NCBI RefSeq assembly: GCF_963676685.1
Contig: NC_092355.1
Location: 81,282,001-81,346,000 of the forward strand
Reading direction: 5' to 3'
DNA from: Mytilus edulis
Lineage: Eukaryota
Length of the DNA stretch: 64,000 nucleotides
Within the stretch, counting starts at the first letter, position 1. Each line of letters starts with the position of its first letter. Under the pieces are notes generated by a model. That model was not told the DNA's origin and searched no databases. It saw nothing but the letters and a program-made list of their open reading frames with translations. Shown one piece after another: positions 36,757-49,815 of this stretch. A program made the translations under genes and the position numbers.

Positions 36757-39700
36757 ACTGTTCCAGACTTCAGTCTGCAGAGGCTATTCAGCCACCAAAA
36801 GCCCTTTTAAGGGCTACCCAATTTATTCAAAAAGAATCTACAATTGTTGTACATTAGTTATCAAACTAAATCTAGCTGAGCCCTACCCTTTTCTTTACTT
36901 TTCTCTGAACTTTGCACTGGTCTCTGAAATATTTTTTGGGGTCACATTATTTCCATTGTTTGTTTTATTTCACTCCTTATGACTATACTATTTCTAACAC
37001 CTAAGTATGCAGCTGGGTTTTTTTTTTTTTTTTGATATATTTTGTGTAGTTAGGCACCATTAAAGTTATATCAGTGTATTTTCACGCACTTATTTGAACT
37101 GAATATAACTTTTTCTATTCAGTTTTCGTTAGAGTGACAATCTACGAAAATAGGAAGTCATGCTAGGGTTTTATTGTGCTCTTTTTTTTAGGGGGAAGGG
37201 GGTCAAAATCACACAGCTAACCTTCAACCGAAAAATCATTTTTGTCATTATGTGAGTTTTTCCATTTCTCTCTTCTTCTTCGTATTCAACTTGACTGACA
37301 TTTTTTGTTGGACTTTTTCTACACGTAAGCAAAGTCAAAGGTTGGCTCTCTATTTCATATCAACTAGTCAATGGGGAGGTAACTCTAAAATTAAACTCAG
37401 TACTTTTTTTCAGAACTATATAAATAAACTGTTAAAATGTACATAATACAAAAGATGTATAACGTATCGTAAAAATCAGATTAGTAGCAAATGAATGCAG
37501 TGACGTTTGTCTGTTATTTATTTATTTTTTTATTTATTACTTGTCAAAATTACTACAATAATATTGTGTATTAAAAGTTAAAAGGAAACTCTAAAGTATG
37601 GAGGTTTTTGTTCAACCTTTAACAGTTCTGCAATTATTTTGTCATTTTATTACCTGCGATTTATTATGCAAATTTCACTATTCTCTACCTTTCGAATTTC
37701 ATCTTTGTTTTACTCGTGTATAAAATAAATGCACCTACTTGTTTCTATGTTTCTTTCAAATGGTTGTCCTGTGTTTTTTCTCTTCTTTTTTCTCTCTGTT
37801 ATTTAGTGCGCGACGACTTGACTGTATCTTTGCTATGTCATTTTAATCTTTCCACAGCACGCGAGGTGAATAAACCCGAAACAATACAGTGACGTCACAC
37901 GTGACTACTGTGATGAACAGAAACAAGGATGGATGGACGGACAGTGGTACAAAAAGTAAGAAAAAGTTATTTCTCTGATAAAAGGTATCGCGTGAATTGT
38001 AGGTTCACGGTATAGGTTTTTTCTCTCATTTTTGAAGATCATATATACAGTTGTCTATAATTGCTTACATCCACTTCCTTTGAACTATGGTGGATAGTTG
38101 TCTCATTGGCAATCATACCACATCTCCTTATTTTCATATTGAAATGACAGCAACTTAACGACACACACAAACATAGCCTGCTAGTATATACGTACATGGG
38201 AGACTGAAAAATTCTGTGCTTATTGGTAAATGATAAAAAAAAACATTAAAACTTTAAGGTATGCTATGACTAAGCTTTAAATATAAGGTAGATAGGGAGT
38301 AGGAAACACACATATTTTTTTTTTTTATTTGGCCTTAATGAAGAAGAAAAGCACACACACAATATATTAGAACTTGTACTAACATCCATTAAACGCTATG
38401 CTAATATATGTCTTTAAAAGAGAACCATTATTTTATTTTAATTTATTTTTTCTTCGTTTCAATCTTGGTTTTTGATTCTTTTTACATTAAATCTGTTTTT
38501 ACTGTTGCAATAGTTTACAAATATTTTTAGTCCAAATACAATTCATTGATAATATATCCCCCCTTTTTTGTCCGGATTTTTTTTTTTTTTTTTTTTTGAA
38601 AAAGGGGGGGGGGCTGGAGGTTTAGTTAAATGCAGTGGAAAAATGTTTTGCCCAAAGTCCAATGGTTCACACTGATGTGTTTTTGTCCTTCTGTCTCTTT
38701 TTAATCGTCCGTGTCACGGGATGCTGCTTCACCCTTTACCGGTTCTGGTTTCACTTGCATAGCTTATATAGGTATAATGCATATGTATAGCCAGAGTCTT
38801 CACTGTGACACACATTCCCCTTTTTGAGGGGAAATAAATAACTTTTGTAATTGTCAATTAAGATACAAATGATATGTACCACTGTCGAATTATAAAACTA
38901 CAAAAATCTTCGTGTTTTGTTTTTGTTTTGTTGATTTTTTTTGTTTGTATCGAAACTTTCAGGCGGCCAGGCCACTTTGAGCTCAGATCATCGGTTATTG
39001 ATAATAAAATTAATGAAATATATTTTGTTGAAAAATATGGTATATTCGATAAGACATATTCGAGTTTTTGACTTGAAAGTGCGCAAATTGTACATGCAAA
39101 TGGAAATAAAAGCGAAGACGCATCATACAGAACAGTTGTTCAGTGCCTCAGATCCACTGAAAACAAAGTCGCTCTCTGAAAAGTTCCCAACGCTAGATTA
39201 AATAAAAAGATGTTTCAAATTCGTATTCTAGATATTGGGTTTGTTCATTCGACTCTTGAATGTTTGCGAAATTTCGCTCGGGTTGAATAAAAATGTTATT
39301 TGAAGTTTTAGTAAAAATCTGCAATTAAACAATGGCGCGTGAACTTTTTGTGTGTTTCCCTCTAGCTGGAAACAAACTTATTACGAGGAGGAACATGCTT
39401 CCAGTGAATAAAAACGGAAAGAAACCTAAAGAGAAATGATTTTTCTTCCTCTGTACAATTTTACGACGATAGAATATTTGTGTAATGAGAAAAACTCGTA
39501 AATTTTCTGTCAACATACCTGCGAAGACAATTCAGTCGGTTCTACTTTAACTATTAATATCTTTTTACTGTGTACATCGAAAAATACACAGTTTATCTAA
39601 CATGCAAGATTAATGACTGTTGAGCAATTTGGTATGCTATATGTGAATGTTTTTGATAGAATTATACTATAAATTATCATAAAAGTCTTCGAAGAAGCAC

Positions 39701-39871
39701 ATAATCATTTTACCGAGATCGCGTAATGGATTTTACAAGTTATTTTTAAGGGTGTCTTCGTCGAGGTCCGCGTTCGTCTGTTATAAATAAACGAGGCCTG
39801 GAATGGCGTTATTTTCAAATCGTTATTCGTAGTATAAACTTCGTAAAGGATAATATTTTGAATCATTCAAA

Positions 39872-40447
39872 ATGGCAGACGCAACAGCAGCACCAGCAGT
39901 AGCACCAGCTAAATCACCAAAGAAAAAGGCAGCAGCCAAGCCAAAGAAGCCTTCCGCACATCCTAAATACAGCGAGATGATTGGAAAAGCCATCGCCGCT
40001 TTGAAAGAACGTGGAGGTTCTTCAAGGCAAGCAATTCTGAAGTACATCATGGCCAACTTCAACGTCGGAAAAGATGCCAAGTCAGTAAATGCTCATTTAA
40101 AACTTGCACTCAGAGCCGGAGTTAAGAACAACAGTTTGAAGCAGTCCAAGGGAACTGGAGCATCCGGATCTTTCAGAATTGGAGAGGCTAAAGTAGTTAA
40201 AAAGAAGCCAGCAAAGGCAAAGAAAGCAGCCAAACCTAAGGCCGCCAAGCCGAAGAAGGCAAAGAGCACACCCAAGAAGAAGAAGCCAGCAGCAAAGAAA
40301 CCAGCTGGAGAAAAAAAGGCTGCCAAACCAAAGGCAAAAAAACCAGCAGCAAAGAAAGCAGCCAAGCCAAAGAAGCCAGCAGCCAAGTCACCAGCAAAAA
40401 AGAAGGCAGCCAAACCAAAAGCCAAGAAGACACCAAAGAAGAAGTAA
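39872..40447 (+). CDS. H1: Histone H1, copy 10
   Basis: Identical 191-aa ORF. Confidence 0.99.
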   Translation: MADATAAPAVAPAKSPKKKAAAKPKKPSAHPKYSEMIGKAIAALKERGGSSRQAILKYIMANFNVGKDAKSVNAHLKLALRAGVKNNSLKQSKGTGASGSFRIGEAKVVKKKPAKAKKAAKPKAAKPKKAKSTPKKKKPAAKKPAGEKKAAKPKAKKPAAKKAAKPKKPAAKSPAKKKAAKPKAKKTPKKK

Positions 40448-43408
40448 ACTGTTCCAGACTTCAGTCTGCAGAGGCTATTCAGCCACCAAAAGCCCTTTTA
40501 AGGGCTACCCAATTTATTCAAAAAGAATCTACAATTGTTGTACATTAGTTATCAAACTAAATCTAGCTGAGCCCTACCCTTTTCTTTACTTTTCTCTGAA
40601 CTTTGCACTGGTCTGTGAAATATTTTTTGGGGTCATTGTTTGTTTTATTTCACTCCTTATGACTATACTATTTCTAACACCTAAGTATGCAGCTGTTTTT
40701 TGGATATTTTTTGTGTAGTTAGGCACCATTAAAGTTATATCAGTGTATTTTCACGCACTTATTTGAACTGAACAGAACTTTTTCTATTCAGTTTTCGTTA
40801 GAGTGACAATCTACGAAAATAGGAAGTCATGCTAGGGTTTTATTGTGCTCTTTTTTTTAGGGGGAAGGGGGTCAAAATCACACAGCTAACCTTCAACCGA
40901 AAAATCATTTTTGCCATTATGTGAGTTTTTCCATTCCTCTCTTCTTCTTCGTGTTCAACTTGACTGACATTTTTTGTTGGACTTTTTCTACACGTAAGCA
41001 AAGTCAAAGGTTGGCTCTCTATTTCATATCAACTAGTCAATGGGGAGGTAACTCTAAAATTAAACTCAGTACTTTTTTTCAGTACTATATAAATAAACTG
41101 TTAAAATGTACACAATACAAAAGATGTATAACGTATCGTAAAAATCAGATTAGTAGCAAATGAATGCAGTGACGTTTGTCTGTTATTTGTTTATTTGTTT
41201 ATTTATTATTTGTCAAAATTACTACAATAATATTGTGTATTAAAAGTTAGAAGGAAACTCTAAAGTACGGAGGTTTTTGTTCAACATTTAACAGTTCTGC
41301 AATTATTTTGTCATTTTATTACCTGCGATTTATTAGGCAAATTTCACTATTCTCTACCTTTCGAATTTCACCTTTGTTTTACTCGTGTATAAAATAAATG
41401 CACCTACTTGTTTCTATGTTTCTTTCAAATGGTTGTCCTGTGTTTTTTCTCTTCTTTTTTCTCTCTGTTATTTAGTGTGTGACGACTTGACTGTATCTTT
41501 GCTATGTCGTTTTAAGCTGTCCACAGCGCGCGAGGTGAATAAACCCGAAACAATACAGTGACGTCACATGTGACTACTGTGATGAACAAAAACAAGGATG
41601 GATGGACGGACAGTGGTACAAAAAGTAAGAAAAAGTATATATTTCTCTGATAACAGGTATCGCGTGAATTGTAGGTTCACGGTATAGGTTTTTTCTCTCT
41701 CATTTTTAAAGATCATATATACAGTTGTCTATAATTGCTTACATCCACTTCATTTGAACTATGGTGGATATTTGTCTCATTGGCAATCATACCACATCTC
41801 CTTATTTTCATATTGAAATGACAGCAACTTAACGACACACACAAACATAGCCTACTAGTATATACGTACATGGGAGACTGAGAAAATCTGTGCTTATTGG
41901 AAAATGATAAAAAAGAAAAAGAATCTTTAAGGTATGCTATGACTAAGCTTAAAATAAAGGTAGATAGGGAGTAGGAAACACACATATTCTTTTTTATTTG
42001 GCCTTAATGAAGAAGAAAACCACACACACAGCATATTAGATCTTGTACTAACAGCCATTAAACGCTATGCTAATATGTCTTCAAAAGAGAACCCTATTAT
42101 ATATCCCCCCTTTTTTCTCCGGATTTTGTTTTTTTTTGGAAAAAAGGGGGAGGGGCTGGCGGTTTAGTTAAATACAGTGGAAAAAAGTTTTGCCCAAAGT
42201 CCAATGGTTCACACTGATGTGTTTTTTGTCCTTCTGTCTCTTTTTAATCGTCCGTGTCACGGGATGCTGCTTCACCCTTTACCGGTTCTGGGTTCACTTG
42301 CACATATATATATAGCTTATATAGGTATAATGCATATGTATAGCCAGAGGTCTTCACTGTGACACACATTCCCCTCTTTGAGGGGAAATAAATGAACTTT
42401 TGTAATTGTCAATTAAGATACAAATGATATGTACCACTTTCGAATTATAAAACTACAAAAATCTTCGTGTTTTGTTTTTGTTTGTATCGAAACTTTCAGG
42501 CGGCCAAGCCACTTTGAGCTCAGATCATCGGTTCTTGATAATACAATTAATTAAATATATTTTGTTGGAAAATATGGTATATTCTATAAGACATATTCGA
42601 GTTTTTGACTTGAAAGTGCGCAAATTGTACATGCAAATGGAAATAAACGCGAAGACGCATCATACAGAACAGTTGTTCAGTGCCTGAGATCCACTGAAAA
42701 CAAAGTCGCTCTCTGAAAAGTTCCCAACGCTAAATTAAATAAAAAGATGTTTCAAATTCGTATTCTAGATATTGGGTTTGTTCATTCGAATATTTAATGT
42801 TTGCGAAATTTCGCTCGGGTTGAATAAAAATGTTATTTGAAGTTTTAGTAAAAATCTGCAATTAAACAATGGCGCGTGAACATTTTGTGTGTTTCCCTCT
42901 AGCTGGAAACAAACTTATTACGAGGAGGAACATGCTTCCAGTGAATAAAAACGGAAAGAAACCTAAAGAGAAATGATTTTTCTTCCGCTGTACAATTTTA
43001 CGACGATAGAATATTTGTGTAATGAGAAAAACTCGTAAATTTTCTGTCAACATACCTGCGAAGACAATTCAGTCGGTTCTACTTTAACTATTAATATCTT
43101 TTTACTGTGTACATCGAAAAATACACAGTTTATCTAACATGCAAGATTAATGACTGTTGAGCAATTTGGTATGCTATATGTGAATGTTTTTGATAGAATT
43201 ATACTATAAATTATCATAAAAGTCTTCGAAGAAGCACATAATCATTTTACCGAGATCGCGTAATGGATTTTACAAGTTATTTTTAAGGGTGTCTTCGTCG
43301 AGGTCCGCGTTCGTCTGTTATAAATAAACGAGGCCTGGAATGGCGTTATTTTCAAATCGTTATTCGTAGTATAAACTTCGTAAAGGATAATATTTTGAAT
43401 CATTCAAA

Positions 43409-43984
43409 ATGGCAGACGCAACAGCAGCACCAGCAGTAGCACCAGCTAAATCACCAAAGAAAAAGGCAGCAGCCAAGCCAAAGAAGCCTTCCGCACATCC
43501 TAAATACAGCGAGATGATTGGAAAAGCCATCGCCGCTTTGAAAGAACGTGGAGGTTCCTCAAGGCAAGCAATTCTGAAGTACATCATGGCCAACTTCAAC
43601 GTCGGAAAAGATGCCAAGTCAGTAAATGCTCATTTAAAACTTGCACTCAGAGCCGGAGTTAAGAACAACAGTTTGAAGCAGTCCAAGGGAACTGGAGCAT
43701 CCGGATCTTTCAGAATTGGAGAGGCCAAAGTAGTTAAAAAGAAGCCAGCAAAGGCAAAGAAGGCAGCCAAACCTAAGGCCGCCAAGCCTAAGAAGGCAAA
43801 GAGTACACCCAAGAAGAAGAAGCCAGCAGCAAAGAAACCAGCTGGAGAGAAAAAGGCGGCCAAACCAAAAGCAAAAAAACCAGCAGCAAAGAAAGCAGCC
43901 AAGCCAAAGAAGCCAGCAGCCAAGTCACCAGCCAAAAAGAAGGCAGCCAAACCAAAAGCCAAGAAGACACCAAAGAAGAAGTAA
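43409..43984 (+). CDS. H1: Histone H1, copy 11 (edge copy, synonymous divergence only)
   Basis: Same protein; about 9 synonymous substitutions counted by eye relative to the central copies. Confidence 0.99.
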   Translation: MADATAAPAVAPAKSPKKKAAAKPKKPSAHPKYSEMIGKAIAALKERGGSSRQAILKYIMANFNVGKDAKSVNAHLKLALRAGVKNNSLKQSKGTGASGSFRIGEAKVVKKKPAKAKKAAKPKAAKPKKAKSTPKKKKPAAKKPAGEKKAAKPKAKKPAAKKAAKPKKPAAKSPAKKKAAKPKAKKTPKKK

Positions 43985-45934
43985 ACTGTTCCAGACTTCA
44001 GTCTGCAGAGGCTATTCAGCCACCAAAAGCCCTTTTAAGGGCTACCCAATTTATTCAAAAAGAATCTACAATTGTTGTACATTAGTTATCAAACTAAATC
44101 TAGCTGAGCCCTACCCTTTTCTTTACTTTTCTCTGAACTTTGCACTGGTCTCTGAAATATTTTTTTGAGTCAAATTATTTCCATTGTTTGTTTTATTTTA
44201 CTCCTTATGACTATACTATTTCTAACACCTAAGTATGCAGCTGTTTTTTGGATATTTTTTGTGTAGTTAGGCACTATTAAAGTTATATCAGTGTATTTTC
44301 ATGCACTTGTTAGAACTGAATAAAACTTTTTCTAATCAGTTTTCGTTAGAATGACAATCTACGCAAATAGGAAGTCATGCTAGGGTTTTATTGTGCTCTT
44401 TTTTTAGGGGGAAGGGGGTCAAAATCACACAGCTAACCTTCAACCGAAAAATCATTTTTGTCATTATATGAGTTTTTCCATTTCTCTCTTCTTCTTCGTG
44501 TTCAACTTGACTGACATTTTTAGTTGGACTTTTTCTACACGTAAGCAAAGTCAAAGGTTGGCTCTCTATTTCATATCAACTAGTCAATGGGGAGGTAACT
44601 CTAAAATTAAACTCAGTACTTTTTTTCAGTACTATATAAATAAACTGTTAAAATGTACACAATACAAAAGATGTATAACGTATCGTCAAAATCAGATTAG
44701 TAGCAAATGAATGCAGTGACGTTTGTCTGTTATTTATTTATTTTTTTATTTATTATTTGTCAAAATTACTACAATAATATTGTGTATTAAAAGTTAGAAG
44801 GAAACTCTATAGTACGGAGGTTTTTGTTCAACATTTAACAGTTCTGCAATTATTTTGTCATTTTATTACCTGCGATTTATTATGCAAATTTCACTATTCT
44901 CTACCTTTCGAATTTCACCTTTGTTTTACTCGTGTATACAATAAATGCACCTACTTGTTTCTATGTTTCTTTCAAATGGTTGTCCTGTGTTTTTTCTCTT
45001 CTTTTTTCTCTCTGCTATTTAGTGTGTGACGACTCGACTGTATCTTTGCTATGTCGTTTTAATCTGTCGACAGCACGCGAGGTGAATAAACACGAAACAA
45101 TACAGTGACGTCACATGTGACTACTGTGATGAACAAAAACAAGGATGGATGGACGGACAGTGGTACAAAAAGTAAGAAAAAGTTATTTCTCTGATAACAG
45201 GTATCGCGTGAATTGTAGGTTCACGGTATAGGTTTTTCTCTCTCATTTTTGAAGATCATCTCTACAGTTGTCTATAATTGCTTACATCCACTTCATTTGA
45301 ACTATGGTGGATAGTTGTCTCATTGGCAATCATACCACATCTCCTTATTTTCATATTGAAATGACAGCAACTTAACGACACACACAAACGTAGCCTACTA
45401 GTATATACATACATGGGAGACTGAGAAAATCTGTGCTGATTGGAAAATGATAAAAAAAAAAAAACAACACTTAAGGTATGCTATGACTAAACTTAAAATA
45501 TAAGGTAGATAGGGAGTAGGAAACACGCATATTAGATCTTGTACTAACATCCATTAAACGCTATGCTAATATGTCTTCAAAAGAGAACCCTTATTTATTA
45601 CTTTATTTTAATTTATTTTTTCTTCTTTTCAATCTTTGTTTTTGATTCTTTTTACATTAAATCTGCTTATCACTGTTGCAATAGTTAACAAATATTTTTT
45701 GTCCAAATACATTTCATTGAAAATGTATCCCCCCTTTTTTCTCCGGATTTTTTTTTTAAAAAGGGGGGCTGGTTAAATACGGTGGGAAAATGTTTTGCCC
45801 AAAGTCCAATGGTTCACACTGATGTGTTTTTGTGCTTCTGTCTCTTTTTAATAGTCCGTCTGAATGCTGCTTCATCCCGTTTACCGGTTCTGGTTTCCGA
45901 CTTGCATAGCTTATAACTTATACATCCTATGATA

Positions 45935-46172
45935 TAAAACTGATGATTGCCAATCAGACAGCTCTCATGAAGAGACCAAAATGACACAGTTTAGGTCATC
46001 GCACTGCCTTCAACAATGTGCAAAGCCCATACCACATAGGTCAAATAATAAAGGCCTAGAAATGAACATGTGATAAAATTCAAATGAGAAAAACAAACGA
46101 TCTAATTTAAATTAAAGAAAATGAACGAAAAAACAAATATGTAACACATAAACAAACAACAACCACTGAATT
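45935..46172 (-). mobile_element. Degenerate SINE 3' half at the array boundary
   Basis: Reverse complement resembles 53030-53285 (gattgccaat..., ccttcaacaatg.gcaaagcccatacc, aacaaccactgaatt). Confidence 0.7.
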
Positions 46173-46230
46173 CTGTTTTCTTATTTTTTTGTTAATGGTA
46201 TGGTCCTGGGAACAGTATATCTAACGGGAA

Positions 46231-47610
46231 ATGAATCTGATAGGCTTTTCTTTTCAGTATAAAATTAATGAAAACTACAGGCCAGTCTCATTGACATCAG
46301 TACCATGTAAACTTCTTGAGCACATCATATGCCGTCATATACTCAAACATCTGGAAAAGCATAATGTATTAACATCACTAAACCACGGCTTTAGATCTGG
46401 ATATTCCTGTGAGACCCAACTTGCCATTACAATCCATGATATGCTACAATCCTACGATAAAGGAAACCAAGTAGATATTGCGATTCTGGATTTTTCAAAA
46501 GCGTTCGACACAGTACCTCATGATAGACTCTTGCACAAAATAGACCAATATGGAATTAGAGGAAATATCCACAAATGGCTAACTTCATTCCTAACCGAAA
46601 GAAAAATGCGAGTACAACTTGATGGAGAAAACTCGAGCAATGCTTCAGTTGAATCCGGAGTCCCCCAAGGAACGGTACTAGGACCCATCCTCTTCCTGTG
46701 TCATATAAATGATCTCCCAGATGCAGTAAACTCATCAGTACGACTATTTGCAGACGACTGTTTGCTCTACCGGGAAATCAAAAACCAAAATGACCATAAC
46801 AAACTACAAGAGGATCTCAAATCACTAGAAAAATGGACCGACGACTGGGGTATGCGCTTCAACGCCAAAAAATGTTATATGCTCAGCCTGAAAAGTAAAA
46901 GTCAGCGTTTTTACAACCTTAACAACCACACGCTTGAACAAGTGTCATCCAACCCATACCTAGGACTACAAATACAAGAAGATCTTAAATGGGAAGAACA
47001 AATAACAAATACGTGTAACAAAGCCAGTTCTACCCTAGGCTTCCTTAGAAGGAACCTACAACACTGTCCTATGGAATGCCGTAAAACTGCATATATAGCT
47101 CTCATACGATCAATAATGGAGTATGGATCAATTATTTGGGACCCATATACCCAAAAAGACATCGACAAACTAGAATCCATACAAAAGAGAGGTGCTAGAT
47201 TCATTACCAAAGACTACAAATCAAGAGAGGAAGGATGTATGACAAAAATGCTAAAAGAACTTCAGCTCCCGTCATTACAATCAAGACGCCAACAACAACG
47301 ACTGATCTTCTTTTTCAAAGTGGTTGAGGGGAAGATACCAGCGCTTCCTCCCGACGATTTAATCCAATTTCATAGACCAAAGAGACAAATCAAAGCAACA
47401 ACATATAATAACTTTGTAACAAAAAACATTATAGACCACCAAGTCCGTAACAACAAACGTGCGGTCATAGTTCCAACTAGTAAGACAGAACAGTACAAGA
47501 ACTCTATTTTTGTGCGCACTGCAATAAACTGGAACCATCTGGAAGACTCAGTAGTGTGCGCCACTACTGCCGAGGAGTTTAAATCAGCACTCCTCAGCAA
47601 GCGCGACTAA
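46231..47610 (+). CDS. Reverse transcriptase, C-terminal part of ORF2 of a 5'-truncated CR1/L2-group non-LTR retrotransposon (homology starts ~46270)
   Basis: NYRPVSLTS, HGFRSGYSCETQL, LDFSKAFDTVPH, SGVPQGTVLGP, LFADD, W.MRFNAKKC, YLG and EY...WDP motifs; endonuclease missing; no stops. Confidence 0.93.
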   Translation: MNLIGFSFQYKINENYRPVSLTSVPCKLLEHIICRHILKHLEKHNVLTSLNHGFRSGYSCETQLAITIHDMLQSYDKGNQVDIAILDFSKAFDTVPHDRLLHKIDQYGIRGNIHKWLTSFLTERKMRVQLDGENSSNASVESGVPQGTVLGPILFLCHINDLPDAVNSSVRLFADDCLLYREIKNQNDHNKLQEDLKSLEKWTDDWGMRFNAKKCYMLSLKSKSQRFYNLNNHTLEQVSSNPYLGLQIQEDLKWEEQITNTCNKASSTLGFLRRNLQHCPMECRKTAYIALIRSIMEYGSIIWDPYTQKDIDKLESIQKRGARFITKDYKSREEGCMTKMLKELQLPSLQSRRQQQRLIFFFKVVEGKIPALPPDDLIQFHRPKRQIKATTYNNFVTKNIIDHQVRNNKRAVIVPTSKTEQYKNSIFVRTAINWNHLEDSVVCATTAEEFKSALLSKRD

Positions 47611-47705
47611 TTGTGCGCAGACCAACCCGTCACATAATAGCCGAAAGGAATCTGTGACGTACCCATCCTAATTACAGAAGTGGGAAATACAGATACAGAT
47701 ACAGA
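46270..47705 (+). mobile_element. 5'-truncated LINE (CR1/L2 group) with 3' stem-loop and (ATACAG)n tail
   Basis: RT ORF, then a short 3' UTR with a cgtcaca...tgtgacg stem (47628-47659) and tail atacagatacagatacag (47687-47704). Confidence 0.88.
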
Positions 47706-48322
47706 ATCTCGTACTCCCCAAGACTTCCGAAATTTATAGATTTGGTAGCGTCTGACTGAAAAATATCGGAACTGCTCAATAAATTAACCACATAACTCTA
47801 ATCATAAATAAATACAATCAATATATATGTTCCTGTGTGGTCTATGTCGCCGATGTGGCATTTTTAAAACAACATCAATCATTAGTATAGGCCGAGTTTG
47901 TAATGGGCCGAGATTGAGGGGGGGCTAGAGGGGGTCTCATCCCGATTTCCCGGTTTTAATATCAGAAAATCCCGAAATCCCGGACATATTTTGTTAAAAA
48001 TCCCGATCCCGATAAACAAGAAATCACCATTTATTTATTAAAGAGGTCCTCCACTATTTTAGGTAACGAATAGACACATCTGACACATCTTTTAAAGGAG
48101 GCCGTCCTGGTAAACTTTGAAAATTAAACCCTCTGAATAATGTTGTTCTTAATTATTTGCTTTCCTGAATTTGTGCATTTTGAACAATATATTCAGTACG
48201 TACATTTTAAACACGTCAAGTTGGGGTATTTGTTTTCTTCAAAATTGTAGAATGTCATAAATATTTTTATATGATATTCGATTATAGAGAAGACTGTGTC
48301 TATGAAATTATCTGTGTAGTAA

Positions 48323-48565
48323 GGCCAAGAAAAAATACAGGTGTTTCAGGTAACATCCCCTAAAAAATTAGGATAGGTAGGAAAGCAAAATTTTTTTTTT
48401 TTCAAACGTTTTTGACTGGTTCATATGGAAAAAAAAATCTGACTTTATAAGTGCTTGTCCACATAACATCCAAAAAACTTTAGTTGTAGAGTTAGATTAT
48501 AGGTACTTAAAATTGGGGTAGATATATTTAAGGGTACCGGAAACACATGTGTTTTCTTTTAGGTC
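48323..48565. mobile_element. Degenerate Tourist/PIF-Harbinger-like MITE (nested)
   Basis: taa-ggccaagaaaaaatacaggtgtttc ... gaaacacatgtgttttcttttaggtc-tta, imperfect TIRs. Confidence 0.5.
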
Positions 48566-48948
48566 TTACATAATCTTACTCTTATTGAAAATATCCAAAG
48601 CAAGTCTAACTTTTGGGAAGGGTTGTAAAGAGGCGTTATGTTCACGGACAAACGCGAAATAAAATTCAAATTTCACGATGAACGAAAAATAAAAAAATTG
48701 CTTGCACGTTGCCGTTTTTACCAATTTCACAGTGAAGCACGAACTGTTTTCACGGGAGGTTGAAATTAAAAATGGCAAAACACGTTGCACGAAAAAAAAA
48801 CCTTTACCACCCTCTTTGGGTATACTGATCCTCTAAATCAGAGCGACACTAATACCAAGGAGATTAGACATTTATCATGAATTTTGGTTAGCATTTCATT
48901 CACGTACAGTGGATATAAAATATATGGCACTGGCTACGGTTACTTTAA

Positions 48949-49416
48949 AACAAGAATGTGTCCAAAGTACACGGATGCCCCACTTGCATTATCATTTACC
49001 ATTTTCAATGGACCGTGAAATTGGGTAAAAAATCTAATTTGGCCTTAAAGGTAAAAAGATCAACCAATAGGGAACATATGTACTAAGTTTCAAGTTGATT
49101 GGACTTGAACTTCATTAAAAACTACCTTGACCAAAAACTTTAACCTGAAACTCGCACTTCCATTTTCTATGATCAGTGGACCATGAAAATGGGGTCAAAA
49201 GTCTAATTTCGTTTTAAAATAAGAAAGATCATATCATAAGGAACATGTGTACTAAGTTTCAAGTTGATTGGACTTCAGCTTCATCAAAAACTACCTTGAC
49301 CAAAAACTTTAACCGGAAGCGGGACAGCTGGACGAACGAACGGACGGATGGACGGATGAACGGACGCACAGACCAGAAAACATAATGCCCCTCTACTATC
49401 GTAGGTGGGGCATAAA
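48949..49416. mobile_element. Non-autonomous Helentron-like (HINE/'pearl'-type) element (nested)
   Basis: aacaagaatgtg start, two ~170-bp internal tandem repeats, GGAC/GAAC microsatellite, terminal palindrome atgcccc...ggggcat. Confidence 0.75.
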
Positions 49417-49815
49417 CACGAGCAGAAAATAACAATAAGATCTGGATCTACTCTGTTTCTAGATGCGATTCGGATTGAAGTATTATGAAAATGGCACTTT
49501 TATCTGTCCAAGGTAGTTTTTTGTCAATCCCGTTATATTTCAACATAAAAATCCCGATTTCCCATGGCTAAAAACGTGGGTTTCCCGTATCCCGATGTTT
49601 TTCTATCCCGAATTCCCGATCTTTAAAAAAAGCAATCCCAATTTCCCGTTGCTAAAATCGGTCAATCCCGGCGTCCCGAAAATGGTCTCGCCCCCCCTCG
49701 AGATTGTCAAGGGCCGAGTTATGGTAATTATTTGTATATACCCGGTTAACATAAAGTACTTGATGAAATCCACAATAAATCACGAAGTTAGGATGTGATT
49801 GAGCCCTTGTATATA

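Larger units (their letters stand above)
1..45915 (+). repeat. Tandem array of a ~3.69-kb H1-only histone gene unit (about 11.5 units visible, begins before the window)
   Basis: H1 ATGs at 1885, 5578, 9271, 16458, 20151, 23844, 28792, 32487, 36181, 39872, 43409. Spacing is 3691-3695 bp except across the 3494-bp insertion, the N-gap and the diverged last unit (3537). The spacer repeats almost base for base, and homology stops at ~45915. Confidence 0.98.
47916..49699. mobile_element. GAG...CTC-ended non-autonomous DNA transposon (Sola-like MITE) expanded by nested insertions
   Basis: Perfect 10-bp TIR gagggggggc/gccccccctc; gagatt direct repeat on both flanks (47910-47915, 49700-49705); subterminal ATCCCG motif clusters at both ends. 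Confidence 0.7.

Noticed and set aside
1-45915. Core histone genes, 5S rRNA or tRNA in the repeat unit
   Set aside because: No H2A/H2B/H3/H4 ORFs and no recognisable 5S or tRNA sequence seen by eye; a covariance-model scan would be needed to exclude small RNAs fully.
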